A stretch of 64,000 nucleotides of DNA, from positions 150,543,741 to 150,607,740 of the forward strand of contig CM041465.1 in assembly GCA_023213395.1 (NCBI GenBank), written 5' to 3'. The DNA comes from Cycas panzhihuaensis. Taxonomy: Eukaryota; Plantae; Cycadophyta. Made by a program: the position numbers and the translations under genes. Positions 40,926 through 54,705 of the stretch are shown one piece after another. The notes under the pieces are model-generated. The model ran no database searches and was not told the DNA's origin. It was given only the letters and a program-made list of their open reading frames with translations. The stretch's first letter is position 1, and each line of letters opens with the position of its first letter.

Positions 40926-42680
40926 TAAAAAAAATATAAAATATTAAGAAAACCAAAAAAATCTAACCTCTGAAAGACAACTGCTAATGAGGTAAAAGTA
41001 TAACAACCCACCTCAACTCACTTAGTCTTTCTCTCCCTTGGATATTTGAGGTGTTACATCATGTATTTAAGGGTCTTTGAGCTTCCAAGCCCCATTCTTG
41101 GTCCATGCCACCCACCTTGTCTTACCATGGAGGCAACTCCTCCATTATTTGAACGTTCAAGATTTGTAGCCATTGGCCTTTGGGATTGATATAGTCATAA
41201 ACTTATCATCTCTCTTAGCTTGTGCACCTTTGTGTTAGGTTCCTAGGAGGCTAAACTAAGGGGAATCCCCTTTGATTCATTGCTAATAAGGTACCATTAT
41301 GATAGTCACCACCCCATGTGATTTATACATATTTTATTTTTATTATTTTACATATCACATTATTTGTTTTATTAGCATTCACTGTCTTCTATCTTTAGAT
41401 TGAAGAGGTTTTGTTACTAATGGGGCAATGCCTTTTAGCTTCCAAGAATGGGATTTAGATGCTCGACCGAGTGAGGTAAGTTTAGGTATGTTCTCTACCC
41501 CTCTTCACTCTTTATTTGATTTATATTTAAGATGATGTAGTTAGCACATGCTTGTTTGCTTGCTTATTGGTTAATTCATGTCCCTTTTTACATGCCAATG
41601 ATGATCAAAACATTGGTCCATGGCTTTGATATCCACCCATTGGATTTCTTGGGTTAGAAAAGATGCCTCCCTAACCCCCTGTATCTTGTTTCTTTCAAAT
41701 TGTTGTTTCATTTTTGCTTGTTTGGCATTAGTTGCACCTTTTTACCACATGCTACTAATTGATTTATGCCTTCGGACCTATTATTTATGAGATAATCTAA
41801 TTACATAAAGGAATTGATGGGAAAAATCAACTCTATTACATTACTGATTACTGTTTTAATTGTATTAGTAGCACTATGAAATATTTTATGGTACTACAAA
41901 CATGTTCACAATATGACTATCACCAAACCAGATTTAAGTTTAATGGTGACACTTAGCTCATAAATGAAGACCTATCCATTATGACATTCTATAGTAGTCC
42001 CAAGTTAGTTTATATGTACTTAGAGAGGCTAAATATGCCTCAAACTACACAATTTTTATCCATTTCAAAGTTAGATTCATCAAAGAATGAGCAAGAGTCA
42101 TGGTTTTTGGTTGATAGTTTTCCCCACATTATGGGTAAAAAGCCACCAACCCATAACCTTCTTTTCATCTATAAGTCCTCCCATTTTCCAAAGGAAAAGG
42201 GGAAGACATTTGGACAAGAGTTACTATGTTTTTAGGCTACCAAATGTTTCTTAGAACCCTAGCAATTAGGGGAATCCAACTAGCTACTATTGGGGAAATA
42301 ACAAGTAAGCCATCATAAGCTATAAGGGAGTTCGTAAGGGAGTGATTTCACCAACCATTTGGCACCATTCTCTCATAAGATATAGGTAAACCACTTTTCC
42401 TTTGATTGGGTAAGACTTCTCTCTTGTTTCTTCATCTTATTCATGGTAAACCACTTTTTCTTTACTTGGGTAAGACTTCTCTCTCTTTTCTTTATCTTAT
42501 TCATGCCATGATGTGTGATTCTATGATGGAAGTATGCTAGTAACTTTTCTTGTTATTCATATTTTCCTTTGTTGAGTGAGTCTATTCTCCCTTTGTGCTC
42601 TTTTTTTTGTTCTTAATTGATCTTCTCCAATAAGTTATAAGGTTAGGGAGGTCCCCTAAGTATAACTTAGGAAACCACTC

Positions 42681-45600
42681 AGAGGTTAATGTATTAAGGT
42701 CATTTGTATAGATTAATTAAGTGGCCTTAGGATATATTGTTAGCATTAGTCTCTTAGTGAAATGTACTTTATATACATTTAGACAAAATTTTGGGTTCAT
42801 ATCATTAGACAGGAAAATCCTAACCCTAATGCTCACCCTTAATAATAAAAGGTGAACTCTTAAGGAGGGAGTCATTATTCATTCTTACCTCCAAGCTTAG
42901 ATCTCATATCTTGTTTCATCTCTTTTTTATTCTCCATTACTATTGTGTGTATGTGAGTGATTTATTCTGTAGAACCATCCTTCCTTCATGTGGTATCAAA
43001 GCTAGAAGGGGATCTATTCACTTCATTCCACTTGCATAGAGTCATTTTGCCTCTTCTTCACCTTCGATGTGAAGTATTGAGAGCGCACTCATCATTTTTA
43101 ACATTTTGAGAGCTTAAAATTATATTAATTTATATGTTACTACTTTATCTATATGTTCAAAAATTTAGAGGTAAAAAATATAGGTTTTTGAATCTGTTTA
43201 ATTGTTAGAACAATCTCGAAAGCAATAAAAGCCTAAAATTTTATGAAAATTTTGACCATCTTAGATTTTGATAAAATTTGGCATGCAATGTCACCTTACC
43301 AAGAGGATTATTGGTTTCTTTTAGAGCAACTTTAGAGCCTACAATAGTAAGTTTTGGCTAAGATAAGAGGCTACAATTTGTGGATAAGTAACTTAAAGTA
43401 CTTTCCCAATGAAATGCTTTAATCATAAGATAAGACTTTGAAAGTGTTTCTAAGGGATCTAGTAGATTTATGTCTTAGGGTCATTTTAAGATAAATCTCA
43501 TCAAATTTCATCCACTAGTTAGTGAGATATATGCAAATTTCTCATAAAGGCTAAATTTGCTTACTCAACCCCATAAACGACATTGTGAGAGCATTTTGGA
43601 TAATTTTTTTGGCTGATTTTGGGGATGGTGTAGAAGGAAAAGTTTATGTACATGTAAAGATATAACGTTTGACATATTGAAGTTTAATAAATCTAGCAAG
43701 ATTCTACTTTTGTGCTTTTTTGGGCAAAAAATGTTTTTTATACATTTTCAAAAATCTAACTTCACTACTGTATCAAAAATAAAATTATGAATACTTTTTT
43801 CTTTTTCCATTAATTCAAATTCCATCATTTAGGCCTTTATATTTGTAATTTTTAGAAAGTTTTACCCATTTATCATTATTTACAAATTTTATAAAAAATT
43901 TACAAAATAAGAAAAAATAGCATGCATCTAGATTTAGAAAAATTAGTATTTTAGTGGCAAGTTGATCTACTTTGTAGCCTAATATGGCTTTTGTATTAAA
44001 ATTTCTAAAAACATATTTGGAAACATTGCACTAAAGTAAGGGAAACCTTAGATTGGAAGCAACATCTAACTCCTCTGCTAAATCAAGCATGCTTTTTCTA
44101 TTTGCACACATAGCATAAAGCATTATATAAAGCAACAATAATAATAAAGCAAGCAAGCACATTTGGAAACTTTCTATTTTAGTTTTTAGTTATTTATAAA
44201 CAACTTACATTATTCCTAAAAGGAATCTCATTCGTATGATTTATACCACCAGTTCTTAACTTATGTGCACACTCACCTTGGTTGAAATAGACCATGGTTG
44301 GACAAAGTCTGGGCCCTAAGGGAGGTGTGAGTTTCATACTGGCCCTGGTCTTAACTAGAATAGCAATAGAGGGATAGGTTAGCCATATCGATGGCTTCTA
44401 ATTAGGGATAATCTTGATAACAACCCAAGAAATCTGAAAACCTTAATATAAGATTAAAATTAACCTAGTCCAATATCCATCATAGCCGTGAGATACACAC
44501 ATACCATTTGACTCTATGGAGGAGGTATATAGCTGCTCATTAGTGAATTAGGTGAGGACTAAGAGTACCTAGGCTCCATTGTGACTTGGATTTCATCACC
44601 AAGTATAGGTGCGTGTATCATGTGTGAAGGCCCTAATCGTATACTAGAAGCCTTAGGCATCAGAACCTCACCTATATTTAAACATAAGTTAGAGGTCAAT
44701 GGTATGACACATCACCACTCTTTACCAGCTCTATATTAGGCCTCATTCTTGCATCATTTCTTATACTCATAATTGTTGAAAAATAGTTAATCATTGCTTG
44801 CTTTTCATCATAGTATTTATTTCTACATCCCTGATGCGCCATGTATACTAGCCATATATGTCAGGGGCACATACTTCTATCATCTCTTCTACTTCTTCAT
44901 CATCACTATATCATCTCAATTTAAGTAGAATGTCAACTGTATATTGAAAGGCAAAGAAAATTGAGATTTTTGGTACACTAGAGTTAAAAATACTACAAAG
45001 TATGAAGGCCTTTGGAGAGCCCACTTGTAGCCTACACCCATCATACCTGCAACAACTACAAAACCTACTTCTGGTGGATCCACTCCAATAGCTCCTATAG
45101 ATGTTATGACTGAACTATAATGGGAGATAGATAATAAGAAGATTTGTGTAAGAATTATATTAGTTACTAATCACTCCTTGCACAACTTGATTAATGAAGG
45201 GCAACATGATACAACCTTTAAGGTCCTTGAAGTTCTTAAGAAGAACTTTGATACCAAGTCAGATTTAGAATTTATTCATGTTATTCTAAAAATGAATAAG
45301 GGATGAGCTCATAAGATAATAAATTTGTTTTGATCAATAAAACAAGTAATTGACAAAGACTTTAAGACCCAATGTATCACTTGGTCATTCTTGATCTAAT
45401 TATGTCTACATATCCCTGATTATAAAAACTTGCTTGGAAGTCTTCAATCTAGTGGAACAGTGAAGACATTCAACTTCTAAGCACTTACCGAGAAGTTCAT
45501 AGAATTTAACAAGACCTTTGATACCAACTTTGTAGCCTCTAACTCTCTTCCAAATGTAACCTTTAAGGTGGAACAAGAAGCTTGCTACACAAAAAATCAA

Positions 45601-48600
45601 GGTCCCTCTTATGGCAGAGGAAACAACCGAGCAAGATGGAGAGGAAGAAATGTAAGAAATCATCCACAAGGTCAACCAAACCCTCAGTCACAACCTTGAT
45701 AGTCTCAAGTCCAAGGGCCATCTCAATAAAAAGTAAGACAGTCAGGCCAAACTAGTACCTATTCAAGAATTGGTAATCAAACTATTATGTGTGATCAGTG
45801 TAACTGTAAAGGATACTTTACAAAAGACTACAGAACTGCCACTTATAAGTTGGCTAAGTTCCAACCCAAACATAGAGCTCACAATGTTGAAGAAACTTGT
45901 AAAGAATCCTTTAGTGGTGCAAGTTTTGTATAAGCACACTTTCAAAGAATTAATGGATCTTTAGCATCAAATACTGTTGACCAACCAAAGAGATACTTTG
46001 AAGCTCAATGTAGATATATCACTTGTGAATTCCCTTCACCAATGCCAAGCCCTATTGGAATTATAAATAGTATGGCTTTAATTGAAGGACAGTAGATCAT
46101 GGACATAGGCATAACTCAATATATGATGTGCAATCACAGTCTATATCAAACATTTGACTGAAATATTTAAGGAGTTATTCACATGGCTGATAAATCATAA
46201 TAACCTATTGAAAGAATTAGTAACATTCACCTAAAACTCCTAGGCTTAAGAGATTTTACATTGCTTGATGTCCTATACATACCTAATCTTAAAAAAACCT
46301 GCTCTCCTTATCCACACTTGTCTCTTATGGATTTAATCTGAGTGTAACTACAAATAACTAAACTCTTTAGGTCATTCACCCTCCAACTAATCAAGTGGTC
46401 TTGACTAGACGTCTCTCTGGCAAACTCTTTCTACTAAATGAATCTCCATCTTCTGAAGCCTATTGTGCCTAAAGCCCTTGTTCCGATAAAGAATTTACAT
46501 TTAACTCCATCTTGACCTACCCAATGTTTTCACCAGAAGCTCTTTGGCATGCTCACATGGGCCATGTTCATATTGATAGACTTAGGCATCTTTGTAACAC
46601 TCTTCTAAATCTTCCAAAGTTCTTCTCTAAGCCCTTTAAATGTGAAGCTTATATTATTACCAAATCTCATTGACAACCCTTTCCCAAAAATTAGTGAAAA
46701 TCGAGCCATCCATTATAATTGGTATACTCTAATCTGTGCAGACCAATGCCTATTCCTTCACTGAAGGGCAAGTTATATTATATCTCTTTCATTGATGATT
46801 TCACTAGAAAAGTATTGGTAGTTTTTCTACATAAGAAAGATGAAGCCTTCCATGTATTCAAAGAATTTAAAGCCCACACTGAAAAAGAGTCAAGTTATCA
46901 ACTCAAATATCCTCAAACTAATAATGGTGGTGAATATATCTCATATGAGTTTGAAAGCTACTTTTGATACAATGGCATCAAACATCAAACAACAATAGCA
47001 TGTACCCCACCACAAAATAGAGTTAGCAAGTGTATGAATAAGATAATCATGAACATGGCTCAAGCTATGTTGGTATACAAAAATGTACCTATCTACCTAT
47101 GGGTTGAAGCTATATAGACAACTGTTTATTGTATCAATGCTATTATCCCATCAAAGGAAAGACAATCACCTAATGAAAGGTAGTTAGGACAAGCCCTTAT
47201 TATTCACTACTTCAAAATTTTTGGCTTTGTATACTATAGCCACATTCTAGATGTAGATCAAAATAAACTCTAGCCAAGGGCACTTAAAGGTATCTTTGTT
47301 GGATACCCTATGGATAAGAAAGGGTATAAGGTCTTTATACCTTCATAATAAAAAATCATGCTTATTAGAGATGTTATTTTTGTAGAGATAGAGGATTAGT
47401 TTCTTAGATTAGACTCTAAAATATCTTCACATTACTATAATTCCCAACTCGAGGATCTCGTGAAGCTCGCTAACTCAATAAAGACATATGACTAGATGAG
47501 GTGGGTAAAACTGATACTCAAAGTACCTATAGAGCAAAGATGTAGGAATTATTATATACTAAGCTTGAACTAGCAGAACTATACCTTACTCTTAATGAAG
47601 AGCCTTTAATGAACTAAGACACTGTAAAGCATATATCTTGGAGAAATGCCATGAATGAAGAGTACTAATCTCTTATCAAGAATAATACATGGGAGCTCGT
47701 TGATCTACCACTTGGAAGAAAGGTAGTTAAAAATAAATGGGTGTTCAAAAACAAATATAGATCAGACTATACCCTTAAAAAACATAAGGTGAGGTTGGTA
47801 GCTAAAGGATTTACATAAAGAGAAGGCATCAACTACACTGAAGTCTTTGCACCTACAACTAAGTGGCCTACAATTAGAACTCTTGTGGCTTTAGCTACTC
47901 AATAGGGTTGGAAAATCTAGTAGCTTGATATTAAGATTGTGTTTCTTAATCGAGATCTTGAAGAAGAAATTTACATGGTTCAGCCAAAAGGATATAAGAT
48001 CAAAGGTCAAGAGCATAAGGTTTAAAGGCTCAAAAAGTCCTTGTATGGCCTTAAACAAGCCCCTTGTGCTTGGTTTACCAAGTTGTTTAAAAGAATGAGG
48101 TAACTTGGATATAAGGTTTGTGACTACCAAGATATTGATGTAATATTGTTAAAAGGATAAAGTCATTTATCTCATAATTTTTGTGGATGACATGCTAATA
48201 ATAGGTAATAGTGAGTAGGCAATAAACTAGTTGAAAAAGGACCTTGGTAAGATGTTCAAATTGTCTGACCTCGATTTGATGAAATATTATTTGGGAATTG
48301 ATGTAGCATAAAAGAATGAAAAAAATTTTCTCTCCCAAGAAAATTACATCAACGATCTTCTAACTAAGTTTTAGTTAGAAGATGTTTGACTAATGGCTTT
48401 ACCTATGGACCCTCATACCAAACTCTCAGCTGATAGTGACATTAGGAAGGCAGACACAACACTCTATAGGAAACTTGTAGATAGTCTCATCTACACTACC
48501 AATACAAGGCCATATATTGAACAGTCTATCGATATTCTTGCATAATTCATGATAAATCTTAAGCAAAATCATTGGCAGACTGTGGTTTGAGTGTTAAAAT

Positions 48601-49889
48601 ACCTAAAGATAACCAATAAATTTGGTCTATTATATGAACCTAATAATAAGTTTAAGCTTTCTAGATACACAAACTCAGACTTTGCAGGAGATAAAGATAC
48701 AGGAAGATATACATCTCGGTATGTAACATTTCTGGAAACAACACCAATATCATGGAGATCTAAATGACAGAAGATAGCTATTGATTCAACTATCAAAGGT
48801 GAATACATTGCTGCTTCTAAAACTATCAAGGAGGTGATATGGCTTAGAAAATTATTATAAATATTAAATATCAACCAAATAAGTCCTACCAGCCTTTGTA
48901 TAAATTATCAATCAATAATTCACATGGCAAAAAATCTTGTATTTCACAATCATACTAAATACATAAATATAAAAGTCCACAAGATTAGAGAACTTGTTCA
49001 TGATGGCACAATTCAACTAGAATACTACCCCACAACAAATCAAGTGGCTGATATCTTTACCAAACTACTGTAAAGGTGAAGTTTTAATAGTTTCTAAGGT
49101 AGCTCATCTTTAGGGCTTCCATCTTCGACTGATAAAAGAAGATGGCAATAGGATCATCATACTCTATTCTATTCATGAAAACCCCTTGTAGGAGCAGAAG
49201 AATAAGAGTAAGTCTCTGCTCTATCCTATTTGTGAAAATCCCATGTGGGCATGGAAGGATAAAGGCTGTATTAGTTTTAGAAAATTAGAACCTATGAAAA
49301 TTTGAAAGGGCATAGAGAATGCCCAAATGGTATATAGAGACTTAGCAGATTAAGCTATACATTTAAGCTGTTTGGCTATCAAGCTACATCAAAGAGCTAC
49401 CTTAGCCATTTTAATTTATAAAAGGGGCTATAGATATTAGAAAGTATGTGGGTTTTTATTTCCTATGAGGGTTTTCCTATAAAAATGTCATTTAGAATTT
49501 CAATGTATTAATGAGGCTCAAATAAAGACCTTATAGAATAGATTTCTCAAAATGACCTTCCACCATTAAGGGGGGGGACTGAAAGAGGTTAATGTATCAT
49601 GATCATTTATGTAGATTAATTAAGTGACCTTAGGATATATTGTTAGCATTAGTCTCTTAGTGAAATGCACTTTGTGTATTTAGATATAATTTTAGGTTCA
49701 TATCATTAGGTAGAAAAATCCTAACCCTAATTCTCACCCTCAATAATAAAAGGCAAAATCTCAAGGAATGAGTCATTATTTATTCCCACCTCCAAGCTTA
49801 GCTCTTATATCTTGTTTCATCTCTTTTTCATTCTCTATTTCCATTGTGTGCATGTAAGTGATTTATTCGCTATATCCATCTTTCCTTTA
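42681..49889 (+). mobile_element. Cop5: full-length decayed Copia inside the Tat4 3' LTR
   Basis: LTRs 42681-42988 and 49580-49889. PBS TGGTATCAAAGC (42991-43002). PPT G-run 49568-49579. The Tat4 LTR resumes at 49890. Confidence 0.92.
44930..49090 (+). pseudogene. Cop5 gag-pol
   Basis: Knuckle CDQCNCKG (~45790), LWHAHMGH, YYISFIDDFTR..NNGGEY, FVDDML (~48180), NSDFAGD and QVADIFTK motifs. Confidence 0.9.
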
Positions 49890-51199
49890 TGAGGCACCCT
49901 AACCCATTTCATTTTATTCTCTCCTTCTTATAGATCATCATTTTAATGCTGTGCACCACTGTTTCTATGAGCTATATATATATATATGTGAATGCTATTA
50001 GTTATATTATAGATCTCTTTCTTTTATAGGATACTAATTTGTATGCAGAAATGAAAAAGAAAACTTTTATAGCCATCTACTTGGCATACTCATGCAAGGA
50101 AGGTTATAACAACTACTCACATCAATTGTCCTTCAAAGAGGTAAACACTCATTTTATTATGTCTTTCTTTTAATTTAGTAACTTTCATCTCTCCTTTTCT
50201 ATCATAAGAGGCTTTTAACAAGTAGAAATATTGTTGAAATTCTCTTAGGGGTGTGGGTAAGTATTAGACCTCTTTCCTCTCCATCATATAAGAGGTATCA
50301 CAATTCGTGGAAGAAGGTTATCACTACAATCTTCATTTTAGATATATATCACCACCATTTACATTCATTTATTTCTCTTTCTTATTTAATATTAAAAGGA
50401 AAAAGAGAGAGAGAGAGAGAGAGAGGGAGAGATGGAGAGAAAGGAAAGAGTAAAACAAAGAGATTTGCCTTAGTTCTCCTAACTCTTTTTTCTTTTATTC
50501 CCTCATTCTCTCTTACCCAAAAAAAAAGAGAAAAGGAAAAGTCACTTATTTTACTTTTTTCTTTTCATGCATTTGCATTACATTTCTAGAATACAAGATT
50601 GAACTATTAGGTTACATACTAAGTTTCAACCTAGACATGAGAAGGGACTATGTTCACACAAGTCCCAAATCCACAAGGCTAAAAACATAAACCCGTTAGA
50701 AATAGATCAAGTATATTCATCCAAATTTAAAGGCACATAGTTGCATTTTTAGGAGCATATTGCATTTCCCCTTATTTTGCCATATGAATCATTTGACATT
50801 CTAGAGTTACTGATTCCCTTTGATGCATATGTGCTCTTATTTGGATGCCTTTGGTTTAGCCTCTTAGGAAGAGAAAAATAATTACTCTTACACACATGCT
50901 CAAGTAGTACATTAGTACCCTTTATTAGTGTCTTAAGATTCTTTGCACATGCATAGACCTTGCACCCTAGGTCTACTATCATTTAAGTATAAACATATTA
51001 GGTTATCTCCCTTAGGTGAATTTTATCCTCTATTGATATTCCCAAGTAGATTTAATCATTCCATGAATGAGATGGTTCTCTCATCGCCTATGTAGCTTGC
51101 CACCTTTAAAAGTAGAATTGTATTATTCTCCCATCATGTTAATAGATAAGGAATCATTTATAGAGGGGCATCCATTATAATATGCTTATGATTTGTATG

Positions 51200-54100
51200 C
51201 CCTTGAGTGGCTTCACACTAAGGCCCTTTATTCATATAAGGACCTTGCTCATGTTGGTGTGGACTCATCCTACCACATTACTAAAGTAGCCAAAGGTCTA
51301 TCAAGACCCCTTAGCCCCCCTTGTGCATGTCATAGGAGTAGCTCAACCTATTGACGCTACTAAATATTTTGAGCAAGCTCCCACCCCCTCCCCCATCCAT
51401 TATGGTCACTAAGGAGAGTATTCCTCTTCTCAAGAAGCCATTAATACTCCACTCAGGGATACGATATTTCGAGTTGACAACTAGTCAACCCCCCTAAGGT
51501 GGTTACATTGGTTTCTCTTTACTTCAACATCAACTTCTATCATAATCCCAACCCCCACCTCTTTGAATGTCACTACATCCCCTCTCCAAGAGGGTACATC
51601 TAAACTAATGGTCATAGGTGCCCCTTTGAATAAAGGAGCATCACAAGGTGTACAAATTCCCCATGCTGGGACAAGCACATCTCCTCTTCAAATAGTAATC
51701 CCTTAGCATGTTGTAACACCTATCTCACCTCTTTCTTCTACCATACCTGTATGTCCTCACTACTTAAAATGAGGAATCTTAACCCCTATTCATCAACATT
51801 TACACTGAATAGATCTTTTTTTATATGTCCCCCTAGGGTATACATCACAACCTTAGGGGTAAGGGGGTTTAAACCCCTTCCTACCTATTGGGTGGACTTC
51901 CTCTACCCTTATGGGGTTGCCCCTTCTTTTGGAGGACCCTTTGGACAAAATTCACTACCCGATCTTGCATCTCAAAACCCCTACTCTATGCCATAAGTAG
52001 CCCCCTCCCAAGGAGGACTCATGCCCCCTCACATTCTATTCTATTATGCCCCTATTCCTCTAAGGGCACAAGCTCATATTCCACCTACTTATGAGGCATG
52101 TCCCCAAGGTGGATCAAGGTCTCCTCACCCACCTTCCTATGCGACACACCCTTATTTGGGACTTGCTCCTCATTACCAATGAGGAGGAGCCCCGTATGCC
52201 CCTTCCTCCTACATCCCTTATCAATAGGGACACATTTATTTTGTATCTCCTTCCTACCCACAAGATGCTGGAGGTGCATACCATCATTCCTCACTTGCTT
52301 ATTCTCTAAATGAACCATTAGCCCAACTAGGATTATGCCCCTTCATCAATTATTGATCAACCCCTTTATCTATAGAGGCATTATGAATAAACCTCTCTCC
52401 TCATCTACCTGAAGTGCTTAAATCTAATGGCATTTCATCTTAAGACCCTACGAAGCATGTTAGGGCATTTTCCATGGTATGTATAGATTACTGGGCATAT
52501 GATCACATACTAATAAAACTATTTCATAGGTCACTTCAAGGGGACATGGTAAAACGGTTTTGCCATCTCCCTACCCACTCTTTCTCTATATTTCAATAAT
52601 TAATTGATGCTTTGGTCAACTATTTTGATGTGGCTCAACCTTTTAAAAGTAGGGTTAAGGCCCTACTTTTACTCAAATAAGGTCATGAGGAATTAGACCA
52701 TGACTTTGTTTGGCGATTCCATAACCTCATTCAATCTTCCAAGGCCATGTTACTGGATGAGTTAAATAGAGATATATTTGTGAACAAATTCTATCCTAAA
52801 GTGCATATAGAAGTCCTCGAAATAGGGGTGACTACTTATGAATCTGTCATAGCTAAATGCTTGGCATTAGAGTCCATCGAGATCTAAGTTGGTTTAAAAA
52901 AGATTCCTAGAAACTCACAATGTCATGAGGTACCACCTTATCCATGTGACTAAAAGGGGATGCAACAACCCTCTAAGCCTTCTATTAGCATAACTGACAA
53001 AACCTTAGACCTTCATACTTCTATCATTCACTCTTTTGAGTAGATAATAAAGTATCTAAAGTTACAACCAACTCAACCAATGGCTGAGCCACCCACTCCT
53101 CAATAAGGACATTGATAGGTTCATCAAATTGCCCAAATCCTGCCTCCCAAAAATGAAGGCACCCAATCTTCTTAAGGGAAGAGGATAAGACCTCCTCCCA
53201 AAAAGAAGTGGTGCTCAGTCCATGGTGAGTGTGTGCATGACTATTCAAGGTGTTGGACTTAACACCTTAAACTTACACAACCTCATGACCCCCACCCCAA
53301 GGCACTTTTAAACCTAATTTAGAGTAGTATGTCCATCAAGATCTATTCCTCAACCATGAGGAATAAGATTTAGTGACACAATAATAAAGTAGGCAAATAA
53401 GGAATAGAAGGGGCTCCCCTTCTCCTCCTTTCCTCTTAAACCAATCTAAGGTAAAGAACCTATCAATACTTCATCTCCTTCGAGCCTAATGGCTTAACAA
53501 GCAACATCCTCACAACCTAAAAATTAAGGATAAGAGGATCATCTAATTACTTGACACCAGTCAAGTGTGCTCAATCACGTAGTCTTAAGCTGTGAAGGAC
53601 GCTGGTAAATCCTCCACCTTATAATAATAAACATCTTCAGAGAACCCTCTAACTAAGATTTTGGTTATACTAAAGACCATACTTGTGTACCTCGGCACTA
53701 TGATTTTAGGTGTGTCACTCCACAACCTATAAGAAAGGGGAAGTCATTCTCAATAATCAAAGAACTTCATACTATCTCTGTAGGCATGTCCATGATAGAT
53801 GTTCTCCAGACCTATCTTGGTCAAAGAGCCCTTCTTTTAGAGGCTTTAGGGTGTAACAATGCACTCATTCATACCATGGATACTTATTCATCAAGAAGGT
53901 CTACCCTCATCACATTTGACCCACGTGACTTCCCATCAGCCAAGGATAGGCAACTCCATTGGTACTATTCCTTTATAATCATAATTGATATGTCTGAATT
54001 TGCCTTGAAGAGGACCATTATGGATAATGGTTCCTTGACTAATGTAATGGATATATGCATGATTACAAAGCTATACATAGAGGCTCTTAAGCTTATCCCT

Positions 54101-54705
54101 TAGTGATGCAAAGGTATGATAGGAGGAAGAAGGCACTTTTGGGGATGATGACCCTCCCTCTCACCCCCAAAGATAAAATTGTTTAAATGGACATTGTTGT
54201 CTTAGACATTGATGTTAATTATAACCTCTTATTAGGTTGACTTTGGCTAGACCAAATAATAATGGTTTGTTATTCATGATTGGGCCAATTTAAATTTATT
54301 CATCAAGGGCAAATTAAAGTTGTTGCTTAAGAGCCACCACCTATGCACCCATCTCACCAACCATGCCAGGCAATTTTTAGAGTTGTGGATGGGGAAGAGG
54401 ATCTCTCTAATCCATTTGTTAGAAGGTTCTTCGAGGAATAAGGACCCTATGAAAGGGAAGGAGTTCCTCCCCCTTAACTAAACTTGGTATGATTTACTCC
54501 CATCAGGGTTGGGAGCTATGGCTATCTAGCCATTCTTAGTGATAGGGAGTCTAACAATGGGTATGCGAAACCACCACATCAAGTTTCTTTCCTCAACATT
54601 ACAAGGAGGGAATCATCGCAAATTGACACTGCTCCTCCATTTAGACCTAACCCATATGCATTAGGGGTCTCCCCATCATAATCACCCATCTCCCCTATAA
54701 GATGG
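51200..54705 (+). pseudogene. Tat3 gag-protease and start of linker
   Basis: KWCSVHGECVHD and LKRTIMDNGSLTNV motifs; collinear with Tat4 30700-34150. Confidence 0.85.

Larger units (their letters stand above)
28266..51025 (+). mobile_element. Tat4: full-length decayed Tat-like Gypsy
   Basis: 5' LTR 28266-30372, PBS 30374-30392, PPT AATGGGGCAA 41419-41428, 3' LTR 41429-42680 plus 49890-51025. Perfect TSD TCCTC (28261-28265 / 51026-51030). Confidence 0.92.
25619..54705 (+). mobile_element. Tat3: Tat-like Gypsy (5' LTR 25619-28130, PBS 28132-28150), interrupted by Tat4 and Tat5
   Basis: The LTR starts T(A)TTTCCCAGCTTCC. The leader breaks at 28265 and resumes at 51031, collinear with the Tat4 leader. 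Confidence 0.85.
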
